Below are positions 55,001 to 64,000 of a stretch of 64,000 nt of DNA, one piece after another. The translations under genes and the position numbers were made by a program. How positions within the stretch are numbered: position 1 is the stretch's first letter; each line of letters starts with the position of its first letter. The stretch spans positions 768,001-832,000 of the forward strand of contig CAWFSF010000002.1 in the NCBI GenBank assembly GCA_963818475.1, read 5' to 3'. Below the pieces are notes generated by a model, which did not search any database, was not told the origin of the DNA, and worked only from the letters and a program-made list of their open reading frames with translations. The DNA is from Nitrospirota bacterium. Lineage in GTDB: Bacteria > Nitrospirota > UBA9217.

Positions 55001-55514
55001 CGTGGGCATCGATCTCTACACCCAGATGATGGAGGAGGCCATGGCCGAGCTGCGCGGCGAGGAGACTCGCTGTGGAGCCGGACACGCAGATCACCATGCG
55101 CGCCTCGGCCTTCATCCCCGAGGACTACATCAACGATCCGAGCCTGCGTCTGGCGGCGTACAAGGAGGTGTCGAGCGTGGCCGATGAAGCAGCAGCTCCG
55201 CGACCTTGCCGACGAACTGCGCGACCGCTACGGCCTGCTGCCCGAGCCCGCGGCCAACCTGTTCGAGATCATGAGCGTCAAGATCATCGCCAAGAAGGCG
55301 CAGGTCGCGCGGATCGACGCGGGCAAGGACCATGGTGCAGATCACCTTCGCCGAAGGCGCGAAGATCTCGCCCGAACGGGTCATGCTGCTGCTCAAGAAG
55401 AACAAGGGGAAGATCAAGCTGGTCCCCGAGTATACGCTGCAGCTCGTCCTGGGCGACGAATCGCTCAAAACCGCGTCAAATGCGGTGAAAAAGTGCTTGC
55501 AGGAACTGCTGTAA
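52032..55514 (+). CDS. mfd: Transcription-repair coupling factor (frameshifted)
   Basis: [11 protein letters not shown], CarD-like [48 protein letters not shown]. Confidence 0.93.
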
Positions 55515-55599
55515 AGTGTTATATACAAGAGCGTCCCGCACGCGGTGACGCGCATTCATTGCAGCAAAATAACGCATAAAACCTATCGGAGGAATCTTC

Positions 55600-56307
55600 A
55601 TGAAACTGTTTTTCCAGACAGCCGCAACGGTAGTTGTGCTTGCGCTCGGCCTTGTCGGCTGCAACAAGGGCACTGACAGCGCCGTGCTTGCCAAGGTGAA
55701 CCGGACCACGATCACGATCGCCGATTTCAAGAAACAGGTCAAGGACCTGGATCCGCAGGTCCAGCCGATCGTGACCACCGATGCCAAGGCCCGCAAGGAG
55801 TTCCTCGACCAGATCGTCGGATACGAGGTGGCCATTCAGGAGGCAAAGCGGCTCGGGCTCGACAAGGACGCGGACTTTAAAAAGCACGTGGCCGAGTACC
55901 GCGAAGAGATGGAGCGCAAGGTCCAGGAGGCGATGAAGTTCGAGCTGCTGTCCAACCTGGTCAAAAAAGAGCTGGCGAACAAGATCACGGCCCCCACCGA
56001 CCAGGAGGTCAAGGACTACTACACCAAGAACATCACCCGCATGCGTACGGCCGACGGCAAGAAGGTCAGCCTCGAGCAGGCCGCGCCCGTCATCAAGGAG
56101 CGGATGGCCAACGAGCGGCAGCGCGAAGCCTTTGTCGGGTATGTGAAGGGCCTCAAGGAAAAGGCCAAGATCACGATAGACGAAAAGGCCCTCGCTTCGC
56201 TCGGCACCGATACCGCCGAGCTGCTGCCACAGGAAGGCCAGAAGCCGTCTTCCGCGACGGAGGCGCCTGCAAAGGACGCGGCCAAAAAGGAAGCGTCCGG
56301 GAAATAA
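55600..56307 (+). CDS. SurA N-terminal/PrsA-like lipoprotein
   Basis: Lipobox LVGC; VLAKVN...EAKRLGLD. Confidence 0.8.
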   Translation: MKLFFQTAATVVVLALGLVGCNKGTDSAVLAKVNRTTITIADFKKQVKDLDPQVQPIVTTDAKARKEFLDQIVGYEVAIQEAKRLGLDKDADFKKHVAEYREEMERKVQEAMKFELLSNLVKKELANKITAPTDQEVKDYYTKNITRMRTADGKKVSLEQAAPVIKERMANERQREAFVGYVKGLKEKAKITIDEKALASLGTDTAELLPQEGQKPSSATEAPAKDAAKKEASGK

Positions 56308-56317
56308 CGCAGGAAAC

Positions 56318-57314
56318 ATGGCTAACCATCGGTTCGTGACATATATGGCCCCGGCGCTTTTTCTGGGGCTTATCTTTTTTTCGTGCACGAAAAAAGAGGA
56401 GGCCGTTGCTCCGGCCCCGGAGCAGGCACCTGCGGTCTCGCCTGACGTCAGGGTCGTGGCGACCGTGAACGGCGACCCCATCTACGCTGGCCGAGTTCCA
56501 GGAACGGCTGGTCCGCGCAGGCTTCAAGTCCGGCAAAGAGGTGGAGCCGGAGGTCAAGGAAGAGCTGCTGAACCGCCTGGTGGAGCGCAAGATGCTGCTG
56601 CGCGAAGCCCAGCGGCGGCGGATCAAGATCGGGCTGCCCGACATCAATAAACGGATCGAGTCGTTCCGGGCAGAGCAGGGCCAGGAGGTCAAAGAGGTCC
56701 TGGCGGGCCAGGGCATCGATTTCGAAAAGTGGAAGAACGACATCTGGGAAGACCTGATGATCGAGCGCTTGCTGGCGCGCGAGGTGAACAGGCAGGCCGC
56801 TGTTTCCGGCGCCGAGGTCCGCAAGTACTATCAGGACAATCTGCAGCAATTTGAACGGCCCGAACAGGTCCGGGTGCGCCAGATCGTGGTCTCGAGCGAG
56901 ACGGAAGCACAGCAGGCGCTGGAACAGCTCCAGGCGAATCCGGATTTTGCGGCGGTCGCGCGCGAGCGGTCAACGGCGCCCGAGGCCGAACTCGGCGGCG
57001 ATCTGGGATATTTTTCCCGCGGTGACATGCCCGCGGAGTTCAATATTGTTTTTACCCTTCCGAAGGGCGGCGTGAGCGGCGTCGTGAAGAGCCCCTACGG
57101 ATTTCATATTTTCAAGCTCGAGAACAAACGGCCTGCCGGAGTGATGGGCCTCGAAGAGGCATCTCCGGCGATCCGGGAAAAGCTGCTGCAGGAAAAGCAG
57201 GACCGCAGGTACCAGCAATGGCTAAAGGAGCTTCGGTCCCGGACGAAGTTCGAGGTCAATTATCAGGCGCTGATCCAGGAGCAGCCTCCTGGGGGCGATC
57301 TGTCAGGGAAGTAG
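56318..57314 (+). CDS. Parvulin-type PPIase (frameshifted)
   Basis: VRVRQIVV, GGDLGYF, KSPYGFHIFK. Confidence 0.85.
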
Positions 57315-57339
57315 CAGGACAAAGCGAGTGGAGCGAACA

Positions 57340-58276
57340 ATGAAAAAACATTTTTTGATCATAGCGGCAGTGTGCGCCATGCTATTCGGTCCGGCAGAAC
57401 AGCGTTCAACGATCGCGTCCGTTGTCGTCGACCGCGTGGTGGCGGTGGTGAATGACGAGATCATTACGCTGAGCGATCTGCAGCGCGAGGACCTGAAAAA
57501 GAGCAGCGCCGCACGGGACGAGCGGCTGATCCTCGAGGACCTGATCGACCGGAAGCTCCAGCTGGCAGCTGCCAAGCGGTCCGGCATCGACGTGACGGAC
57601 GCTGAGCTTGCCGAGGCGCTGGCCGAGATCATGAAGCGCAACACCATGGACCGCAAACAGTTCGACGCAGAACTGGCAAAGGAGGGGCTCACCTATGACC
57701 AGTACCGGTCCGAGCTCCGGGAGCAGATCACGCTCTCGCGCATCTTCAACAAATACGTACGGTCGGGGCTGGGCCTGGACGAAGCCGAACTGCGCGCCTA
57801 TTACGAGCGCAACCAGAAGGCCTACGCGCTGCCCGAGGAGATCCGCGTGCGCCAGATCTTCATAAAGCAGCCGGACAACGCGACAGCCTCCCAGGCGGCT
57901 GCTGCCCGTGAGCGCGCCAGGATAGCTTCCGAACGCGCCCGCAGGGGAGAGGATTTCGTCGGTCTGGTGCGGGAACTGTCCGCGAGCGAGAACGCGGCCG
58001 AAGGCGGCGACCTCGGTTTCATGCGCCGGGACCATGCCCTTCCCGGAGATCGAGCAGGCCACCCGGTCGCTCAAGCCCGGCGAGATCGCCGGTCCGCTCC
58101 AGTTCGCCGGCGGCTACCATATCATCCGGCTCGAGGAGGTCAGGACCCCGGTCATGCCCTTTGACCGGGTGAAGGACGAGATCCAGTCCACCCTGTACCA
58201 GCAGAAGCTCGATAACACCTACCGTACCTGGCTCCAGACCCTGCGGGGCGATTCGCACATCGAGAACAGGCTGTAA
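57340..58276 (+). CDS. surA: SurA-like PPIase (frameshifted)
   Basis: VDRVVAVVNDEIITLS, GGDLGF, GYHIIRL. Confidence 0.8.
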
Positions 58277-58385
58277 ATGAGAAGTCAGAAGTAAGAAGAT
58301 GAGAAGTAAGAAGACCAGATGTATTCAGAAGCAAGTGCTTAGAAGTCGCAAGGTGTTAGTCTAACTTCTTACCTCTTACCTCTGT
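58277..58385. repeat. 7-mer periodic inverted repeat
   Basis: AGAAGTC-AGAAGTA...AGAAGTA / TTCTTAC-CTCTTAC-CTCT. Confidence 0.6.
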
Positions 58386-58402
58386 CCTTATCCCCCCCAC
58401 TT

Positions 58403-59567
58403 ATGAAAACCGTACGCCTGAAAAAGAAAGAAGAGCGCCGCATCCTGCGCGGCCACCCCTGGGTGTTCAGCAACGAACTGCAGGGCATCCCCGCCGGGAC
58501 CATGCCGGGCGAGATCGTGGACGTGCTTGATTTTTCGGGCGCGTTCATCGGCCGCGGGTACATCAACCCCCATTCGCTCATTTGCGTGCGGCTTTTGACC
58601 CGGAAGCAGGAAGAGATCGATCAAGATTTTTTCCGCGGCCGCATCGCGCGGGCACGCTCCCTGCGCACCCTGCTCGGGTTCGGCGATTCCTTCCGCGCGG
58701 TCTTCGGCGAAGGCGACGGCTTGCCCGGATTGATCGTGGACAAATACGCGGACACGCTCGTGCTGCAGTCCACGACCGCGGGCATCGAAGCACAGCTCGA
58801 CCCGATCCTCGCCGCACTGATCGACGAATATGCACCGAAAGCGATCGTGCTCAGGAATGATACGGCCTCGCGCGAACTTGAAGGGCTGACGCAGGAAACG
58901 CGCGTTGTCCGCGGAGAGGTCACCGGCCCGGTGGCCATCGAAGAGTCGGGCATCACGTATACGGTCGATGTTCTCGAAGGCCAGAAGACGGGCTTCTTTT
59001 TTGACCAGCGCGAGAACCGGCAGGCGCTCAAAGGCCTGGTGCAGGGCACGGCGCACCCTTGACTGCTTCTGTTATGTCGGGGCCTGGTCCTTAAGCGCCG
59101 CGCGCTACGGCGCAGCAGAGGTGATCGGCGTCGACTCGTCCCAGAAGGCCGTGGACCTGGCTTCGCGAAATGCGGCCCTGAACGGCCTGTCGGCGCGGTT
59201 CGTGAAGGCCGACGCCTTCGAGGAGCTGCGGCGGCTCGACAAGGAGCGCGAACGCTTCGGCTGCATCATCCTCGACCCGCCGGCATTCGTGAAGAGCCGG
59301 GCCAAGGTGCGGGAGGCGCTCAAGGGGTATAAAGAGATCAACCTCCGGGGCATGAAGCTGCTGGAGCCCGGCGGGGTGCTGGTCACCTGTTCCTGCTCGC
59401 ATCACATCGACGAGGACCTGTTCCGCGAGATGCTGATCGACGCGGCCCAGTCGGCCGGCAGGCAGGCGCGGCTCCTCGAGATGCGCTCCCAGGCGCGGGA
59501 CCATCCGATGCTGCTCGCGGCGCGCGAGACGCAGTACCTGAAGTGCGCGGTGCTGGTGATCGAATAA
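58403..59567 (+). CDS. rlmI: 23S rRNA m5C1962 methyltransferase (frameshifted)
   Basis: GHPWVFSNE, GQKTGFFFDQRENR, ILDPPAF, TCSCS, YLK. Confidence 0.88.
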
Positions 59568-59698
59568 TAAAGCTGAAGGCGGGAAGGTTAGAGGTAAGTG
59601 GAAAATAACCTTCAGCCTTCAACCTTCAACACCTGAACTACCTACTGAATTTTATCTTGACTAAGCAGCATGCCCTGTGTTAAAAAGTATCCGTTCCC

Positions 59699-59773
59699 GG
59701 GCGATTAGCTCAGCGGGAGAGCACTGCCTTCACACGGCAGGGGTCGCAGGTTCAAACCCTGCATCGCCCACCA
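59699..59773 (+). tRNA. tRNA-Val(CAC)
   Basis: GGGCGAT acceptor stem, CTGCC-TTCACAC-GGCAG anticodon arm, GGTTCAAA T loop, encoded CCA. Confidence 0.96.
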
Positions 59774-59781
59774 TGATAATC

Positions 59782-59815
59782 AAAGGGTTACAGCATTTTG
59801 CTGTAGCCCTTTTTC
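59782..59815 (+). terminator. Terminator hairpin after the tRNA
   Basis: AAGGGTTACAGCA/TGCTGTAGCCCTTTTT. Confidence 0.7.
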
Positions 59816-59980
59816 ATTGGCTGTGTCCTTTTTGTGCCCCCCAGCGCCACTCTCTACAGAAGCACGACTAAAGGCAGGATATCTGTTGCAGCAGCTGCAA
59901 AACAGCGAACGGTTGTCATGAGGTATTCGAAAAGAAAAGCAGGCAACGCCGAAAAACTTCTTTACTCCTTAAAAAAGCAT

Positions 59981-60200
59981 TTGGACACGGATTAACACGG
60001 ATAAAAGCCGGATAACGGCGGATTATTTCTTTTCTAAGAGGTTCACCCAATAGGTGAATGCTTTAGAATTTATCCGCGTCGCTTAGAAGCGCCTACTTCT
60101 GGTAATCAGATGTTTCCGATTCTTCCGTGTCCAAATGCCGTTTTTAGGTTAATCCTGAATGCCTGATTTTATCTGCGTGAATCTGCGTAAATCTGCGGCC
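59981..60200. repeat. 9-mer periodic repeats/inverted repeat
   Basis: TTGGACACGGATTAACACGGAT.../...TCCGTGTCCAA; ATCTGCGTGA-ATCTGCGTAA-ATCTGCGG. Confidence 0.7.
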
Positions 60201-60357
60201 AACTGCAGACAGTCTGCCTCACTTCCTCCTCTTGCCAGACCTGCGGCGCATTGAAGCGCTGATTCGGGCTGGACATTTGCAACGAACTGGAGTAACGTTT
60301 GTAATTATTCAATCATTTACGCTATGTGGTACGGCCGCATTTCAAGGAGGTATATTC

Positions 60358-60669
60358 ATGGTAAAATACATTTTGTGTGCTGCAGTGCTTGTGGTGTGCT
60401 CCCTGGCGGTGTATGCTCCCAACACGTTTGCCGATGAGCAGAAGTACGAACTGAAGTCCGCGGCAGCAACGGTCAGGGACGTTCTGGCGGAAAACATGGG
60501 CAAGCGGGTGATCGTGCGCATGGAAACCGGCGACGATCTGGAAGGCACCGTGAGCAGGGTCGGGGACAGCCTGGTGCATATCTCGAAGCTCTCAGGCAGG
60601 GATTTCTACGATGCCGTGGTCCGGATGGATAAGATCAGCGCCGTCCTGTTCAAAGTGCGGGGCAACTGA
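60358..60669 (+). CDS. Secreted hypothetical protein (Sm-like fold possible)
   Basis: AAGGAGG RBS, signal peptide, GKRVIVRMETGDDLEGTV. Confidence 0.75.
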   Translation: MVKYILCAAVLVVCSLAVYAPNTFADEQKYELKSAAATVRDVLAENMGKRVIVRMETGDDLEGTVSRVGDSLVHISKLSGRDFYDAVVRMDKISAVLFKVRGN

Positions 60670-60831
60670 CTCTCCTCGTTCCGGAAGGTAGTGGTAATGA
60701 GCAAGACTTTATGGTTCAATTAAGCCTTGAGGAATTCAACAACTTGAAATTCCATTTTGGAACATCAAGTCGGGGTGGGACATGACCCGATGGATCTGAA
60801 AACGACCATTAAAAAGGAAGGAGAATCGATC

Positions 60832-61503
60832 ATGAAACGCAAAATAGGTGCTCTGCTGTCATTCTTTATCTGCCTTGTTTTATTGTCTTTGGTCCAGGCT
60901 GCGTCTGCCGGCAATGCAAGTGCGGAGCAGAAAGAAAAGGCGGCGATTTACATCTTGTCCACGACCGACACGAGCAGTGTTACAGACGGGGAGCTCGCAC
61001 GGGTCTACCGGGAGGCTGATGCCAGTTTAATATATCAGATCAGGGACGGGCTCGCATCACGGGGAATGAAAGTAAACATCATAGGGTCCGAGCAGGACAT
61101 CGCAGCGGACCCCACACGGTTTATTCTGCTCGTCAAGGTGGAAAAAATAGAACTGGGCGGGAAAAGGCCGTTCGGCCGTACCGCAAAGGTGAAGGTCAGC
61201 TATACCGTGCAGAACAAAGACCGGATCGATCTCATCGGGAGATCTCATGAAGAGACGTCCGTTCAGCGATGGGAGAATTGCGTAAAAAAGATCAGCGAAC
61301 AGCTCGTGGACGATGTTTCCAATGATGTTGCAAAGAAGTCCGTCTCCACCAGGCCGGAAGTTAAGCAGGATAAAGAAAAAGAGGCGCCGGCAGGATCGTC
61401 GGCTGAGGCAAGACTTCAGGAACTCAAGAAACTGAAGGCCAAGGGTCTGATAACGGAGAAGGAATACGAAATAAAGCGGAAAGAAATTTTAAAGGAGTTG
61501 TAA
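60832..61503 (+). CDS. Secreted protein with C-terminal SHOCT domain
   Basis: RLQELKKLKAKGLITEKEYEIKRKEIL. Confidence 0.8.
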   Translation: MKRKIGALLSFFICLVLLSLVQAASAGNASAEQKEKAAIYILSTTDTSSVTDGELARVYREADASLIYQIRDGLASRGMKVNIIGSEQDIAADPTRFILLVKVEKIELGGKRPFGRTAKVKVSYTVQNKDRIDLIGRSHEETSVQRWENCVKKISEQLVDDVSNDVAKKSVSTRPEVKQDKEKEAPAGSSAEARLQELKKLKAKGLITEKEYEIKRKEILKEL

Positions 61504-61544
61504 TTGGCTGGCTGGATGAAGGCGAAAGGGTTGAACAGGAAGGC

Positions 61545-62087
61545 ATGTTGATACTTGATCCGAAAGGCAAGCGCGGCTATCGCTCCGTTGTATTCGATGT
61601 AGAGACCACAGGGTTGTCAACAAGGCTGGGGGACCGGGTCATCGAGATCGGCGCTGTTGCCATCGAGGGGAACAAGGTCGTTGATGAGTTCCACAGCCTG
61701 ATACAGGTCAACCAGCCGATCAATCCTTTTGCCCAGGCGGTGCATGGCATTACGGAAGAGATGCTGAAAGGTCAGCCGACCGCCGATCTCGTCATGCCGA
61801 AATTCCACAAGTTCATCCGGAAAAGCCTTCTGGTGGCGCATAATGCGAGTTTCGATGTTCGATTCATGAGCCACGAATTTTCCCTGCTGAAATTCGATCT
61901 GAACAACGTCTGTTTCTGCACCTTGAAGCTCGGAAGAAGCATGTTCCCCGCGCTGGCAAAACATGATCTGGTAACGCTCTATCAGCAGTTTTATAAGAAG
62001 CCGCCCAGGGAGATGCATCGTGCGCTGCAGGACGCGCGAACCACTGCCAAGATCTGGGTGAAGATGGAGCGTAAGCTGCTTGTCTGA
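61545..62087 (+). CDS. DEDDh 3'-5' exonuclease (DnaQ-like)
   Basis: FDVETTG, VAHNASFD, HRALQDA. Confidence 0.9.
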   Translation: MLILDPKGKRGYRSVVFDVETTGLSTRLGDRVIEIGAVAIEGNKVVDEFHSLIQVNQPINPFAQAVHGITEEMLKGQPTADLVMPKFHKFIRKSLLVAHNASFDVRFMSHEFSLLKFDLNNVCFCTLKLGRSMFPALAKHDLVTLYQQFYKKPPREMHRALQDARTTAKIWVKMERKLLV

Positions 62088-62301
62088 ATGAAGTGAAGCA
62101 TTCGGTGGAGAAGGTAAAGGGGACCAGTCAGAAGGTATTAGTTCCCCGGGTAGTGAGCGGTCTGGCGGGAACAGAGAACTGGCCGTCGATGTTTTTGACA
62201 AGCAGTAAACGGTGGATGTCAAAATAAAAGAAACCCTAAGAAGTCCTCGACCATGAAAATCGAACGTGACATATTCGATTTTCATGGTATACTTACCGCC
62301 G

Positions 62302-63486
62302 ATGATAAAACGTGAAAAACTGATGCAGGAGGTTCGGTCCGCCATAAGGAGGAGCCGTGCGGTTGCGCTCATCGGACCGCGGCAGTGCGGGAAGACCACG
62401 CTGGCGCGGAAGCTTGTGTCTCCCGATTCCCCCAATTACCTCGATCTTGAAGACCCGTCAAGCATTGCCCGCCTTGATCAACCCATGATCGCGCTCGGCA
62501 GTCTGAAAGGGCTCGTGGTCATCGATGAAGTTCAACGGAGGCCCGATCTATTCCCGGTGCTTCGGGTGTTGGCGGATCGGAAACCCCTGCCTGCCCGTTT
62601 CTTGATCCTGGGCAGCGCGTCGCCTGAACTGCTCAGGCAGTCATCTGAATCCCTGGCCGGACGGATCGAAACAATCCCCATGAGCGGTTTCAGTATGGCC
62701 GAGGTCGGGAAGCCCGCGCAGCCTCGACATTGGCTGCGGGGCGGTTTCCCTCCCTCCTTTCTTTCGCGGGCCGAATCGGACAGCCTGGCATGGAGAAAGA
62801 ACTTCATTCAGACCTTCCTGGAGCGGGATCTGCCCCAGTGGGGCTTCGGGGCGCCATCGGCAGCGATGCTGCGATTCTGGACCATGCTTGCTCACTACCA
62901 TGGCCAGATCTGGAACGCAGCGGAGCCCGCACGATCCCTCGGAGTGAGCGAGCCCACGGTGCGGCGATATCTCGACATTCTCTCCGGGGTATTTATGGTG
63001 CGCCAGCTTCTCCCGTGGCATGCCAACCTGAAAAAGAGGCAGGTCAAGGCGCCCAAGATCTACTTCCGAGACACGGGTTTGCTGCACCACCTGCTGGGCA
63101 TCCGATCGGAAAAAGAGTTGCTGGGCCACCCGAAAAGCGGCGCATCCTGGGAAGGATATGTGATCGAAGAAACGATCAAGGCGATTGAACCTGACGAGGC
63201 CTACTATTGGGCAACCCACGGCGGGGCTGAGATAGACCTGCTCCTGGTGAAGGATGGCCGCCTCCTGGGAGTGGAATGCAAGCGCATGGACGCACCGCGA
63301 ATGACGCCATCAATGCGAACTGCGTTGGAAGAGTTGAAGCTTGAACAGATCGCAGTGGTGTATCCGGGAACGAAGCGGTATTCACTGGGAGACAACGTGG
63401 CCGCTGTTCCTCTTGAAGCCGTGGCAGATGGAATGAAGGGGCTGTTCCCGAAAAAGAGCAACCCTAACAATGCCAGGGTGCGGTAA
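62302..63486 (+). CDS. AAA_14 / DUF4143 ATP-binding protein
   Basis: GPRQCGKTT, IDEVQ, ESLAGR, GGFP, PKIYFRDTG, EIDL. Confidence 0.9.
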   Translation: MIKREKLMQEVRSAIRRSRAVALIGPRQCGKTTLARKLVSPDSPNYLDLEDPSSIARLDQPMIALGSLKGLVVIDEVQRRPDLFPVLRVLADRKPLPARFLILGSASPELLRQSSESLAGRIETIPMSGFSMAEVGKPAQPRHWLRGGFPPSFLSRAESDSLAWRKNFIQTFLERDLPQWGFGAPSAAMLRFWTMLAHYHGQIWNAAEPARSLGVSEPTVRRYLDILSGVFMVRQLLPWHANLKKRQVKAPKIYFRDTGLLHHLLGIRSEKELLGHPKSGASWEGYVIEETIKAIEPDEAYYWATHGGAEIDLLLVKDGRLLGVECKRMDAPRMTPSMRTALEELKLEQIAVVYPGTKRYSLGDNVAAVPLEAVADGMKGLFPKKSNPNNARVR

Positions 63487-63608
63487 ATACCAAAATAAAA
63501 GACCTGACACTCGGGTCCTGACACTCGGGTCCGTGCCGAGAGCAGGCGATTGAAAACGAGGAATGTCAAGCCGCAAGACTGACCCCCGGAGGGTTCCCAG
63601 GAGTGAAC

Positions 63609-64000
63609 ATGCTTACGGCAAGAACGAAACTCTCACCCGTGTTTTTGCTGTTCGGCGCGGCACTTTTACTCGTAGTATTGACCACGCTTGCGCTGGGCGC
63701 CCTGTGGGGAAATACACCGTTCGTCAATGAGCCCCTCCATTCAGCGCTCGAGGCCCTGGGCGCGATGGCCGCGGTCGTCATGGCGATATTTCTTCTGCAG
63801 GGCAAATCAGAACAGGATATCGAGAAATATTCTCCCCTCGCCATCGGCTTTCTCTCCATGGGCATCCTGGACGGCTTTCACGCCGTCTCCGGACGCGGAC
63901 ACAGCTTTATCCTGTTTCACAGCGTCGCAAGTCTCGCCGGCGGTCTCGGCTCCGCGCTCATCTGGTCACCCCACTATGTGAACCGCTCAATAAAAACAGA
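63609..64000 (+). CDS. Membrane sensor (MASE3-like) protein, 3' truncated
   Basis: PLHSALEALGA...IGFLSMGILDGFHA. Confidence 0.7.
   Translation, partial: MLTARTKLSPVFLLFGAALLLVVLTTLALGALWGNTPFVNEPLHSALEALGAMAAVVMAIFLLQGKSEQDIEKYSPLAIGFLSMGILDGFHAVSGRGHSFILFHSVASLAGGLGSALIWSPHYVNRSIKT

Noticed and set aside
52032-59567. Split mfd, PPIase and rlmI genes
   Set aside because: All motifs are preserved across frames; treated as sequencing indels

Overview
Anaerobic, probably Nitrospirota/deltaproteobacterial-like chromosomal segment (inferred from gene content). It looks like a long-read assembly: dense single-base frameshifts occur at about 1-6.2 kb and 52-59 kb. Contents in order: a TauE/SafE-Usp-sigma54 two-component operon; a GxxExxY nuclease; two CBS genes, each under a c-di-GMP-I-type ON riboswitch; scattered radical SAM, THUMP, PRTase, DUF362, archaemetzincin and PIMT genes; an AT-rich, integrase-less array of attC-like sites and cassette genes (about 21.6-27.5 kb); and a stand-alone CXXC-type CO dehydrogenase. 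After cooS lies a ~300-nt, highly base-paired orphan RNA with its own -10 element and terminator (33632-33930, the strongest novelty candidate), then a lipoprotein/TPR-DUF4332 cluster. The window ends with ftsH, mfd-PPIases-rlmI, tRNA-Val(CAC) and accessory genes. Intergenic DNA carries families of 9-mer and 7-mer periodic inverted repeats and several diverged partial duplicates of gene ends. All protein family calls come from motif recognition, not database searches.
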